Of a stretch of 64,000 nt of DNA, positions 40,055 to 53,790 are shown in pieces. Source of the stretch: Cycas panzhihuaensis (lineage: Eukaryota; Plantae; Cycadophyta); contig CM041465.1 in the NCBI GenBank assembly GCA_023213395.1, forward strand, positions 190,347,741-190,411,740, given 5' to 3'. Below the pieces are notes generated by a model. That model was not told where the DNA came from. It did not search any database and worked only from the letters and a program-made list of their open reading frames with translations. The translations under genes were made by a program, and so were the position numbers. Numbering within the stretch: the first letter of the stretch is position 1; each line of letters starts with the position of its first letter.

Positions 40055-43000
40055 TGAAGGATGCATGGATCTAGAGAATAAATCACTCACATGCACACAA
40101 TGGTAATGGAGAATGAAAAAGAGATTAAACAAGATATGAGAGCAAGCTTGAAGGTGAGAATGAAAGAATGACTCCCTCCTTGAGATTTCGTCTTTTATTA
40201 TTGAGGGTGAGCATTAGGGTTAGGATTTTCCTGCCTAATGACATAAACCAAAATTACATCTAAATGCATATAAAGTGCATTTCATTAAGAGACTAATGCT
40301 AACAATATATCCTAAGGTCACATAATTAATTTACACAAATGACCTTGATACATTAACCTCTTTGAATCCCATCCTTAATGGTGGAAGGTCATTGTGAGAA
40401 AATCTATTCTATGATGTCTTTATTTGAGTCTTATTATTAGATTGAAATTCTAAATGACACTGTTGTAGGAAAGTCCTCATAGGGAATAAAAACCCACGAA
40501 CTTTCTAAGATCTATAGCACCTTTTATAAATTAAAATGGCTAAGGTGGCTCTTTGATATAGCCTGATAGCCAAGAAGTTTAAATGTGCAGCTTAATCTAC
40601 TGAGTCTCCATATATTATTTGGTCATCCCCTATGCCCTTTTGGGTTTTCATAGGTTTTGATTTTTTGAAACTAGTACAACCCTTATCCTTCCATGCCCAC
40701 ATGGAATTTTCATAAACAGGATATAGCAGAGACTTACTCTTATTCTTTCGCGCCTACAAGGGGTTTTCACAAAGAGAATAGAGTATGATAATCCTATTGC
40801 CATCTTCTTTGATCAGTCGAAGATGGAGGTCCTAAGGCTAAGCTACCTTTAAAACTATTTAAACTTCACCTTTTATAGTTGTTTGGTGAAGATATCAACC
40901 ACTTGATCTTCTATGGGACAATATTCCTATTAAATTATTCTATCATGAATAAGTTCTCTAATCTTGTGGGCTTTCGTACTTATGTATTTGCACCATGCAG
41001 ATTGCTGATTAATTATCCACATGAAGACTCGTAGTACTTGTTTGGGTGATATTCAATGTTTCTAATAATTTTCTCAGCCATATCACCTCCTTACTGGTCT
41101 CAAAAGCATCAATGTATTTAGCTTCGATAGTTGAATCGGCAACTATCTTCTTCTATATGAATCTCTATGATATTGGTGTTATTCCAAGAAATGTTATATA
41201 CGAAGACATAGATCTTCTTGTATCTTTATCTCCTGCAAAGTCTGAGTCTATGTATGCAGAAAGTTTGAAGTCTAAATTAGGTTTATACAATAGACCATAT
41301 TTGTTGGTTATCTTAAGGTATCTCAACACTCACATTGCTGCTTGCCAATGGTTCTACTTAGGATTTGTTATGTAACGGGCAAGAATGCCAATGAAGTGTG
41401 CAATATCTGGCCTTGTATTGGTAGTGTAGATGAGACTACCTACAAGTTTCTTGTAGAGTGTTACGTCTGCCTCCTTAGTATCACCTTCAGTTGAGAGTTT
41501 GGTATTAGGGTCCATAGGTAAAGCCACTGGTTTAGCATCTTCTAATTGAAACTTGGTTAGAAGATCGTTGATGTATTTTTCTTGAGAGAGGAAAATTTTT
41601 TCATTCTTTTGTGTTACTTCAATTCCCAAGTAATATTTCATTAAACTAAGGTCAGACAATTCGAATGTTTTGCCAAGGTTATTTTTCAGCTGGCTTATTA
41701 CCTGTTCATTATTACCTATTACTAGCATGTCATCCACAAAGATTATGAGATAAGTGACATTACCCTTATGGCGCTTGATGAACAATGTTGTATCAATATC
41801 TTAGTAGTTACAAACATCGTATCCAAGTTGCCTCGTTCTTTCAGACAACTTGGAAAACCAAGCACGAGGGGCTTGTTTAAGGCCGTACAAGGACTTTCTG
41901 AGCTTGCAAACCTTATGCTCTTAACCTTCGATCTCATATCCTTCTAGTTGAGCCATGTAAATTTCTTCTTCAAGATCTCCATTAAGAAATACAGTCTTAA
42001 TATCAAGTTGGTGGATTTTCCAACCCTGTTGAGCAGCCAAGGCCATAAGAGTTCTAATTGTAGGCCACTTAGTTGTAGGTGCAAATACTTCAGTGTAGTC
42101 GATGCATTCCCTTTGCATAAATCCTTTAGCTACTAATATCGCCTTATGTTTTTCAAGGGTTCCATCTAATCTATATTTATTTTTGAACACCCATTTATTT
42201 TGAACTACCTTTCTGCCAAGCGGTAGATCAATGAGCTCCCATGTACAGTTCTTGATAAGAGACTGGTACTCTTTATTCATGGCATTTCTCCAAACTATAT
42301 GCTTTACAGCTTCTTCGTATGTTAGGGGCTCTTCATTAAGAGTAAGGTATAGTTCTGTTGGTTTAATCTCACTATATAATGATTCCTACACCCTTGCTCT
42401 ATGGGCACTTCGAGTGTCAATTTTACCCACCTCATCTGGTCGTATGTCCTTATTGAGTTGGCAGGCTTCTCGAGATCCTCAAGTTGGGAATGAGGTCCTC
42501 ATTTCCTCAACTTCTTGGTTCTCATCTTGTTTATTAAAATGATTATTTTGTGAGGAGGATGTTGATGTACTTGAGAAAGATAGTCCGTCTACCACTATTT
42601 TACCTTTGTCGACTAAAGGTGGAGAGGATGGTTCTTCTATAATGGCTTTGCCTTTGTTAACTCTGCTATCTTCAAAGGATGGTACTGGATGTACACTCAT
42701 CCATTTAGAGTCACAATTTATATCCTCTGAGGCTCTATTGTCAGCTTCCAATATTTGGAGTAATTTATGTCTGCCCCCTCCCCCCAACTTTTGGAATCTA
42801 AACATCATACTTGATCATATGATTATAATAATATGAGGGTACTTTAGAGTCTAGTTTAAGTAACTAATCCACTATCTCCATAAAAACGACATCTTTGGTA
42901 ACGATGATTTTTTATTATAAAGGTATAAAAACCTTATACCCTTTCTTATCCATAGGTTATCCAACAGAGATGCCTTTAAGTGACCTTGGCTGGAGTTTAT

Positions 43001-46000
43001 TTCAATCTGAATCTAGAATATGGGCATAACATGTAGAGCTAAAAATTTTGAAGTAGTGAACAATGAGAGCTTGTCCTAACCATGTTTCATTAAGTGATTG
43101 TACTTCCTTAGATGGGCTAATAACATTGATATAGTAAACCCCATCTAAATAGCTTTTACCCATAGGTAAGTAGGTGCATTTTTGTATATCAACATAGCCT
43201 AAGCCATGTTCATGATTATCATGTTCATGCACTCGGCAACTCCATTTTCCTTGGGGTACCTGCTACTATTATTTGATGCTTAACGCCATTGTCTCGACGG
43301 TAGTTTTAAAACTCATGTGAGGTATATTTGCCACCATTATCAGTTTGAAGATATTTGAACTGATAACTTGACTCTTTTCAGTGAGGGTTTTGAATTCTTT
43401 GAATACACGAAAGGCTTCATCTTTCGTAGAAAAATTACCCATACTTTTCTAGTGAAATCATTAATGAAAGAGATATAATATAACTTACCCTTTAGTGAAG
43501 GAATGGGCATTGGCCCACACAAATCAAAGTATACACATTGTAATAGATGGCTCTATTTCTACTGACTTTTAGAAAATAGTTGTCGATGAGATTTGGTAAT
43601 GATATAAGCTTCACATTTAAAGGGATTAGAGGAGAACTTTAAAAGATTTGAAAGAGTGTTAGAAATATCTCTAAGTCTATCAATGTGAATATGGCCCATG
43701 TGAGCATGACAAATAGTTCCTAGTGATAATGTTGGATGGGTCAAAATGGAATTAAATGTAAATTCTTCATTGGCACAAGGGCTTTAGGCATAATGAGCTT
43801 CAGAAGATGGAGAGTCATTTAGTCAAAAGAGTTTGCTAGATAGATATCTAGTCAAAGCCACTTGATTAGTTAGAGGGTGAATGACCTGGAGAGTATGGTC
43901 ATTTTCAATTACACTCAGATCAAATCCATGAGAGACAAGTGTGGATAAGGAGAGTATGTTTTGTTTGAGATTGGGTATATATAAGACATCAAGCAATATA
44001 AAATCTTCTAGGCTAAGGAGTTTCAAGTGAATGTTACCAATTCCTTCAATAGGTTGTTGTGATTTATCAGCCATGTGAACAACTCCTTGAACATTTGAGT
44101 TAAATGTCTAATGTATACTGCGATTGCACATTATATGTTGAGTTACTCATGTGTCCATGATCCATTGTTTATCGATTGAACCTACATTATTGGTAATCCT
44201 AATAGGGCTTAGCATTGATGAAGGGAATTCACAAGCGATATATCCACATCGATCTTCAAAGTATCTATTTAGTTGGTCAATGGTATTTGATGCTGAAGAT
44301 CCCTCAATTCTTTGAATGTGTGCTTGTACAAAACCTGTACCACTAAAGGATTCTTTACAAGTTTCTTCAACATTATGAGCTCCATGTTTTGGTTGGAACT
44401 TAGCCAACTTATAAGTGGCAATTCTATAGTCTTTTATTAAGTGTCCTTTACGGTTATATGGATCACACATAATAGTTTGATTACCAGTCCCTTAGGAGGT
44501 ACTAGTTTGGCCTGATTGTCTTGCTCTTTATTGAGATGGCCCTTGTCCTTGATACTGTCAAGGTTGTAGCTGAGGGTTTTTTAAACCTTGTGGACAATTT
44601 CCCATGTTTCCTCCTCTTCTTCTTACTCAGTTATTTCCTTTGCCATGAGAGGGACCTTGATTCTCTGTATAACAAACTTCGTGTTCCACCTCAAAGGCTG
44701 CATCTAAAAGAGATTCAGAGGCTATAAAGTTTATATCAAAGCTCTTGTCAAATTCTATGAACTTATTAACAAGTACTTCAAAGTTAAGTGTCTTTAATAT
44801 TCCACTAGATTGAAGACTTCCAAGCAAGTTTTCATAATCAAGAGTATGTAAATATGACTAGATTAAGAATGCCCAAGTGATACATTAGGTCTTAAAATCT
44901 TTATCAATTGCCTGTTTAATTAGTCTAAGGAGATTTATTGTCTCATAAGCTCGTCCCTTTTACATTTTTAATTTGTTTATTTTCAGAACAAGATGAACAA
45001 ATTCTAAATCTGACATGGTATTAAAGTTCTTCTTGAGAACTTCAAGGACCTTCCAAGCTGTATCATGTTGCTCTTTGTTAATCAAGTTGTGCAAGGAGTG
45101 ATTAGTAACCAACAAAATTCCTACATGAATCTTTTCATTATATATCTCCTATTGTAGTTTGGCCACAGCATCTGTAGGAGCTATTGGGGTGGATCCACCG
45201 AAAGAAGGTGTTGTAGTTGTTGCTAGTATATTAGGTGTAAGCTGCAAGCAGGCTCTCCAAAGGCCTTCATACTTTGCAACATTTTTAACTCCAGTGTACC
45301 ATAGATGCCAATTTTCTTTACCTTTTAATATGTAGTTAACATTATGCTTGAATTGATATGACATGGTGATGATGAAGAAGTAGAAGAGATGATAGAAGTA
45401 TGTGCCACTGATACGTGTGGCTAATACACTTGGTACAACACGGATGTAGAAATAAATTCTATGATGAGAAATAAACAATGATTAAGTTTTTTTTTTCAAT
45501 AATTATGAAAAAATGAATATAAGTAATTATGCAAGAATGAGGTCTAATATAGAGCTGGTAAAGAGTGGTGATGTGTCATGCCACTAACCTCTCACTTATG
45601 TATAAATGTAAGTGAGGTTTCGATGCCTAAGGCTTCTAGTATATAATTAAATCCTTCACCTGCGATACCCACACCTATGCTTAATGATGAAATCCAAGTC
45701 ACAGTGGAGCCCAAGTACTCTCGGTCCTCACCTAGTTTGCCAATGAGTAGCTATATACCTCCTTTGAAGAGTCCAACGGTATTGTATATCCCACGGCTAT
45801 GATGAATATTAGACCAAGTTAATTTTAATCTTGCATTAAGGTTTTCAGTTTTCCTCGGTGGTTATCAGGATTATCCTTAATTAGATGCTGTAGGTATGGT
45901 TAACCTATCTTTCCACCACTATTCCGGTTAAGACCAAACCCAGTATGAAACTCACACCTTCCTTAAGGCTTAGACTTTGGCTAACCTTGGTCTATTTCAA

Positions 46001-47622
46001 CCAAGGCGAGTATGTGTACAACTCAAGAATTGGTAGTATAGATCATACAGATGAGATTTCTTTTAGGAATAGTGTAAGATATTTTCGTATAACTAAAAAC
46101 TAAAATAGAAATTTACCAAATGTACTTGTTTGATTTTTGTTCTTACTTTGTTATTGTCGTTGCTTTATGTGATGCTTTATGTTATGTGTGCAATTAGAAA
46201 AATCATGCTAGATTTAGTAAGGGAACCAGATGTTGCTTCTGATCTAAGGTTTCCCTTGCTTTAGTACGATGTTTCCAAATATGTTTTTGGAAGTTCTAAT
46301 ATAAAAGATATAATGAGATAAAAAGTGGATCAACTCGCCACTAAAATGCTAATTTTTCTAAATCCATATGCATGTTATTTTTCCCTATTTTATGATTTTT
46401 TTACAAAATTTATAAATAATGATAAATAGGCATAATTTTTAAAAATTACAAATATGAAGGCCTAAATGATGAAATATGAATTTATGATATAAGGAAAAAG
46501 TGTTTATAATATCATTTCTAATAGAGTTGTAAAGTCAGATTTCTTAAAAGACACAAAAAAAAAAATTATTTAAAAAAACATAAAAGTAAAATCCTACCAG
46601 ATCCACTATCTCAGAATCTAAACCTCAATATATAAAAAGTTACATTTTGACACATACATTAACTTTCCCTTCTACACCATCTCTAAAATATTCTAAAAAT
46701 ATACTAAAAATACCTTTGTAATGTCCTTTGTAGGCATGAGTAGGTAAAATCAGCAACCATGAGAAAACTACATAGATCTCACTAACTAGTGGATGAAATT
46801 TGATGAGATTTATCTTAAACTGATCCTAAGACATATATATACCAGATCCCTTAATAAAACATTTAGATTTTTAGCTAATAATTAAAGGATTTCATTAGGA
46901 ACAGTGCCTTAAATCACTTATCTAAAAATTTTACCCTTTTGTCATAGTTAAAACTCACTATTTCAGGGTGAATTTGAAGTTGCTCTAGATGACAAAAATG
47001 ATCCTTTAGGCAATGATACTTTACATGCCAAATTTCATCAAATTCTAATATAGTCAAATTTTTTAATGAAATTATAGGCCTTTAATGCTTTCGGACATTA
47101 CGCGCTAAAACTTCAAAAACCTGTACTCTTCATATCTGAATTTTTTCACACATATATAAAAAAAGTAACATATATATAATTTTAATCTCTCAAAATGTTA
47201 AAAATGATGAATGCACTCTCAATACTTCACATTGAAGGTGAAGGAGAGGCAAAATAACTCTATGCAAGTGGAATAGAGTGAATAGATCCCCTTCTAGCTC
47301 TGATACCACATGACGAAAGTATGGATTTAGGGAATAAATCACTCATATGCACACAATAGCAATGGAGAATGAAAAAGAGAGAAAATAAGTTATGAGAGCA
47401 AGCCTGGAGGTGAGAATAAAATAATGACTCCCTTCTTGAGATTTCAGCTTTTATTATTGAGGGTGAGCATTAGGGTTAGAATTTTCCCACCTAATGACAT
47501 GAACCTAAAATAACATCTAAATGCACACAAAGTGCACTTTATTAAGAGACAAATGCTAACAATATATCCTAAGGTCACATAATTAATCTACACAAATGAC
47601 CTTGATACATTAACCTCTTTCA
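40055..47622 (-). mobile_element. Ty1/copia LTR retrotransposon (copia-3), full length, with a ~1.9-kb 5' leader
   Basis: LTRs 40055-40365 and 47311-47622. PBS gctctgatacca at 47297-47308. PPT atcccatcc at 40366-40374. TSD catac (40050-40054) / tatac (47623-47627). Confidence 0.92.
40845..45364 (-). pseudogene. Frameshifted and stop-interrupted copia gag-pol of copia-3
   Basis: Gag MSYQFKHNVNYILKGKENW from 45364. Zinc knuckle and protease WIMDT in ORF 44147-44470. Integrase YYISFINDFTRKVWV in ORF 43340-43522. RT in ORFs 41921-42280 and 41354-41785 (FVDDML). RNase H down to ~40850. Confidence 0.92.
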
Positions 47623-48599
47623 TATACTTTTGTAACTTCAACCTTTATCTTTTAGATTTTGTTCATTCTATTATGTTCTAAACCATTGTGTATATTAATA
47701 ATGCCTACTTCTTTGGTTCTCATGTTCCATTAGTTACCAAGAATTATATATCTCACTACTCTTCTTAACTCATGTCATCATCTTCATTCTATCTATTACT
47801 AATATTTTAATTACATTTATAGTCATGCTTTTATTTTAATTAGTCACTAGACCTTTTCATTAGTCCTTAACAGGCATCTGACCATCTTGAAATCCTTGTA
47901 ATCCTATTGTATCCTTCTCTCTAGTTTCCACATGTTATTGTCTACCTTACCTACATACTAGGTTTATTATAGGTCAATATAATAAAAATTTAAACTTATA
48001 GATTGCAAATATTAGGAAAGTTATATTATCATAAAAATATATTCTTACTTTCTAAAATTTAAATATTTTACCACCAAATCACCGTTGTTATCCTAATCCT
48101 TACATTTTACATTAGCATTATACCTTATTAAATGTTTGGTTCCACCCCATTCATTCCATCTCTACATCCATCTTATTCATCCATTATGTGATATCTTCAT
48201 TCTAAGTTTGTCTCACCATAAGCTTACCTCATCCAAGGTTATAGTACAACTAGAGGTTCTTTAATATAGCACATTTATGAATGTAAAATAGAATCTAAAT
48301 TTGAGATACCTAATGAAGAATGAGAGGAAACTAAAATAATCATCATAACACCACTTACAAGCATGATTGAATTTGTAATATAAGCATCTAGCTAAGTTTT
48401 ATATCACATGCTATAAGATATATTTAAAAAATTAATAATTATTATATGTGACCATAAAGGGAAGGGACAAATATTAAAGGATGAAGAAGGTAATGGTAGT
48501 AAGTTAAAAGGCCAAATTCTAGAGAAGTACCAAGATTATGTTAACCTAACAAACAACCCTATAAGGAAGTACATGCATAACTGCCAAAATTTAACACTA

Positions 48600-51500
48600 G
48601 AGGAATAAAAGATGATTGGACTTTTAAGCCTATTTCAATTACTTACAATCAATAAAAGAATATAAAAAATGAATAAATTAGAAAAAATATCCATATAATA
48701 CTTCAACACTAAGTAGAAGACTCGTGAATCCAAGATGTAGGTTCAATAAATAGAGCAATTTTTCTATTTAGTGGAAGCCAAACTAGTAGAACAAGTGCCA
48801 TTAATCACCTTACACATGGATGAAAATACTTGTGACTGGTGGAGAACCTTAGAGCATAGCATATTCTAAAGCTAGTTACTAGCTTGGGTGAGTTTGTCTA
48901 CCTATTCATTAAAAGATTTGAAGATGCAACATTCATAAAGATAATCTATGTAGTAGAGGATATTTTAGTTAAGATACCCATTCAATTGTATGTTGATGGG
49001 CTCATAATACAGATTCAAGTATATGTTAAGACTTTGTGACTTGTCAATCTTAACAAAGACATAATTGGTAAGAATATATAAGGATAAGGATAATTCTCTA
49101 TGGAAGGTAAAAACAAACTCCCACATTCTACTATTTACTTGATATAGCCTACTACATACTAAACCCAATTAACCAATTAGGTAAGTTCGTCAAATAACTA
49201 AAGTAGAACAATAAGAGTTGAGAAGAAAGAGCCTATGTTTTAGATGTGTTGAGAAGTATGGACCTAGGAATAAGCATTAGAAGAATCAACTATATAAAAT
49301 CATCTTAACACCTATACATGAGGATAAAAGGGAAGAAGAGGAAGAAAGTCTAGAAATATTTTAAGAGGACTTTCATAGTCATAAAATGAATATCTCAAAA
49401 ATATTATTCTTGATAATAATTGGTCTCATTAAACTAAACATCTCAAAACTATGGAGCTTTATTAAAAAAATAAGGCTATCACAATCTTGGTAGATCTAAG
49501 TAACACCTATAATTTCATTAACTAAGTATTTACCCAATACATATTGTTGTTCCTATCGAGGACACCTTGTCTTCAAGTAAGCTTTGAAATAAGATAGGTT
49601 ATATTAGGGCAAAGTATGATGGAAAATCTTATGATCATTATGGGTGATGTTGTTATTACAAAAAACTTTTATGTCCTTGATGTCAGAGGATATCATTATA
49701 AGTAGTTAATAACTTAGAATAATTTAGACATTTGAAAGGAATTTAAATGATTTATTCATGAGATATAAACAAAAAGGTAAGACTATCATCTTCCAAGGGG
49801 AGAAGCCAAGAACAACTCTAATAATATCATGTGTATATGTGTGTATAGATATATAGAAGTTATTTAAAAAGGGCCACCAACACATAGTGGCTTAACATTT
49901 TGTACTGCATCTAGAGGTGATGTTAGTAATAGAAGAGAAAGAACTATAAGAAATCTTTTAAAAGTTCAAAGACATCTTCTAATATCTTCCAATAGTATTA
50001 GTAATAGATAGAAGCTTAGAACATTAGAATGAGATCAAAGTTAGTACCAATCACATCATCATTAGGCCATATAGCCAACTATACCACTACTAAAATGAGA
50101 TTAAAATTTTTGTTTAGGAACTATTGAAACTAAGAGTGATAGTTCTTAATAGTACCTCGTTCATATCTCTTGTAGTTCAAATAAAGAAAACATATGGATC
50201 TTTTCGCATGTATGTTAACTATCAAGTATTGAATAAAGTCATAATTAAAAATAAATTTTCCATAGTAAGAATTAATAAGCTTCTAAGTGAATTACAAAAA
50301 TCCAAGTATTTCTTAAAAACTAATATAAGGTTAGGGTACTAATAAATTTGAATCAAGCTAAAGGACACGTAGAAGACTCCCTTTAGCATGTACCATGGCA
50401 ACTATAAGTTCAAGGTAATTCCCTTTGGATTCACAAATGTACCATCCATGTTTTAAGATGCTATGAATAACTTTCTTAGCCTTTCTTACATTCTTTTTTA
50501 TGATATATTAATATTGAATAAGAGTAGAAAATTCACATTAAATATGTAGATTAAGTAGTAAGCATTTTTAAGAAACAAAAGTTCTTTAAAAAGTAATTAA
50601 AGCGTTAATTTAGATAAAAGGAGATAGATTACTCAAGGCATATTATTTCAAAATAAGATATAAAAGTAGATCCAAGAAGAGTTATGACCACCCTCAAATG
50701 GCCCATAAATAAGAATATTTCTATGCTCAAAGGATTTTTGGAATTGGTTTGATACTCTAGATGCTTTGTCAAGAAGAATGCCCAGAAAACGCAAGTCCTC
50801 ATAAAATTATTAAAAATGGATTCTTTTCATTAGGAAGAGGAGATCATTAGCTGCTTTGAGAATCTCAAGTAATCCATGACTAATCTACCAATGTTAGCAT
50901 CACTAGACTTTTTAAGCACTTTCATTGTCAAATGTGATAAATTAAGAAACACAATAGGAGTGGTCTTAATTTAAGAAAGAGGTCAATTTCTTTATTTTAG
51001 AAGAAAATTGAATAATTAAGAGTGACTTAAGTTTACTTATGATAAAGAAATGTTAGTAATTATATATGCTTAATTTAAATGATGATAATATCTAACAAGT
51101 AGTCAATTCATTGTGAAAATAGATCATAATAGTCTATAATACCTCCTCAAGTAGAAGGAATTGTCTCAATAACAATAGAAATTGGTGAGCAAGATTTAAG
51201 CTTTTAATTATAAGGGGTAAATTAAATATAATAGTTAATATAATATCTAATAGGGATGAGGAACCCTGACTTTGTGTAGTCTCAATGATAGAACAAATGG
51301 GGTTGATAGAAATATAAGAAGAATATACTTGAAAGAGGTTAATGTATCAAGGTCATTTGTGTAGATTAATTATGTGACCTTAGGATATATTATTAGCATT
51401 AGTCTCTTAATGAAATATACTTTATATGCATTTAGATGTAATTTTGGGTTCATGTCATTAGGCAGGAAAATCCTAACCCTAATGCTCACTCTTAATAATA

Positions 51501-52990
51501 AAATGTGAAATCTCAATGAGGGAGCCATTATTCATTCTCACCTCTAAGCTTGCTCTCATATCTTGTTTCATCTTCTTTTTTATTATCCATTACCATTGTG
51601 TGCATGTGAGTGATTTATCTCCTAGATCCATCCTTCCTTCAATACTAATGATTGTTACATCCAACAGGTAACTTAAGAAAGCTAAAGATAAATTTGAATG
51701 GAAAAATAATATCATATGATATAAAGGATGGATATTCTTGTGGGTGTGACCATCATTACTAGCTAAGGTCTTAGAAGAAGGATACATAGTCTCATTAGTA
51801 GGATATGAAGGATTCTTTAGAATATATCTAAGAGTCAAACAATCATTCTTTTGGAAAGGAATAAGGAGGGATATTCAAGAGTATATAATGAAAAGCCCTA
51901 TGTGTCTACTATAATATTTACTTATTCATTAATAAGAATGAAAATGTATTACCATGGATTTTGTGATAGGACTAACTAAGTCAGAGGGAAGAGATGGAAT
52001 ATATATGGGAGTATACCATCTAGCAAAGTTCACCTACTTATACTAATTTAATATGCATGTACAACTCTTAAATTTCTAGAAATATTTATTAAAGAAATGC
52101 ATAGATTTCATGGCCAACTGGGCCTATCGTCAATGACTAAGATCTAAAGTTTATTAGTCACTTCTAGTAAGATCTATTTCAATAGGTTGGTATGAAATTA
52201 TCATTAAGCACCAATTACCATCTTAAGATAAATGAACAAATTAAGGTAATTAATAAATGCTTGAAAAAGTTATTTAATGAGTTATGTGACTAATAAGCAA
52301 AATTTATAGCCAAAATTACTACACCTAGCTAAAGCTTAATACAATTCCTCTTATCACTTATCTATAAAAATATTCTCATTCTAAATGTTATAAGGCTATA
52401 AGCTAAATTGATTAAAAGTCTAAGTAGTTAAGTAGTGTGGGGTCTTAGTAGTGATATATTGCATTCAAGAAACATGAGATATAATTTAGATCTTAAAGGA
52501 ACAGTTGAAGGAGGTAAGGAATTAGATGAAGTAGCAATCTAATAAGCATTACAAGGAGAGAGAATTTATCATTGGAGAGTAGATTTATATTAAACTATAA
52601 CCTTAGAAATAGTCCTTAAAAGGTACTTGAAAAGAAAAGTTAAGCCCCAGTTCTATGGGCCATATTTAGTGAAGAAAAATATTGGGAAATTTGCTTATAC
52701 CCTAAATCTTCCTAATACTTCTAAGATATATAGCATATTCTATGTCTCTTACTTAAAGAAAAGAATAGATACCCTTGTTTTATTACAAACAAAATTGTAA
52801 CTCCTAAATGAAGAAAGAAAATTAGTTATTATTTTTTAAAACATTATTAAGACCCATGAGAAATAGTTATAACTAAAGACAATATAAGAGCACTTAATTA
52901 AGTGGAAGAAGTTGCCTCTTGAGGATGATGTATGGGAATCTACTGATATCCTCATATAATATCTTAAACTATAGACCAAATGTTTTGAAG
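48600..52990 (+). pseudogene. Degenerate gypsy gag-pol with C-terminal chromodomain
   Basis: SLCFRCVEKYGP (gag zinc knuckle, ~49230). ITILVDLSNTYNFI (protease, ~49478). ORF 50124-50342 GSFRMYVNYQVLNKVIIKNKF is RT. FYGPY at ~52651. HLIKWKKLPLEDDVWES (chromodomain, ~52891-52941). Confidence 0.85.
51330..51641 (+). mobile_element. Solo LTR of the copia-3 family
   Basis: Reverse complement of the 40055-40365 / 47311-47622 LTRs. TG...CA termini. Perfect TSD ATACT at 51325-51329 and 51642-51646. No adjacent PBS or PPT. Confidence 0.92.
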
Positions 52991-53457
52991 GAAAAACATC
53001 ATAAGAGAGAGGACTTATTACATAATGTCATTAAAATTTGTAATAAAATATTAATTATTTGAATTAAGTTTGGCAGGAAAGGTTGTGTTATTTAGTGGCT
53101 TGCCCATTAGCTAGTATAAATATTATTCTATATGGACCTATACTCATCCTTTTATTAACTGTCAATCAAACTATTATGATTCTTTTCTTCCTTCCTTGCA
53201 TGTGCAATCCTTAGTTTTCATTACTACTCTATTAGTATATATCTAAGTTTTCAAATTTTCTTATTACATTTCCTAACTATATTTATTAAATCTTGACCTT
53301 GAACATTTCACTAATTTTCCTTTCTTTATCCATCAAATTCAATGTGTTTTAATCTTAAACCTTATAGAATCTATTGCCCACTTCCTAAGTGAAATTTATT
53401 TTCATTTAATGTGTTTAAATTTTAAAATTTGGATGGTAGGGATTCATTTCAAATCTA

Positions 53458-53790
53458 TGTTATAGGAGTATTATAAATCCTATTTGTAATTCATGGGGAA
53501 TGTACTAGTTAGTCCTATCTTAAACTAGGGAAGAACTAGGTTAATTAATGGATGAGGGTATCTTTCATGAACCTAGTTTTATTAGGAGGGAAATTTAAGG
53601 TGACTATATAAATATGTCTTAACCTTTTATAATTTCATGATTTATTGTGAATCTACAAATTAGAGCTCCACTCTTAGAGGGATTTATCCCTATTTGGGAT
53701 TTTAACTTAGCTTTAATACATTTAATTATTTGTTTCTAGAACTATAGAAGGAAACCCTTCGCATAGGGTTTCATTCAAGTGATATTAGAG
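53458..53790 (+). mobile_element. Probable 5' LTR plus degenerate PBS of an old truncated LTR element
   Basis: Segment tgttatagg...ttca (53458-53777) is followed by tgatattagag (53780-53790), a decayed TGGTATCAGAG. No partner LTR found in the window. Confidence 0.45.

Larger units (their letters stand above)
39629..53234 (+). mobile_element. Ty3/gypsy chromovirus (Reina-like, ~220-bp LTRs), interrupted by copia-3 and a solo LTR
   Basis: LTR pair ~39629-39848 and ~53016-53234 shares tataaatattattctatatggac and gcatgtgcaatc. Perfect PBS TGGTATCAGAGC at 39850-39861. PPT aagagagaggac at 53003-53014. Confidence 0.85.

Noticed and set aside
41046-42836. Plus-strand ORFs (41046, 41948, 42231, 42606) as antisense genes
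   Set aside because: They are shadow frames opposite the copia-3 pol. The same applies to 13374, 24812-27740, 44521, 56435, 58967 and 59501.
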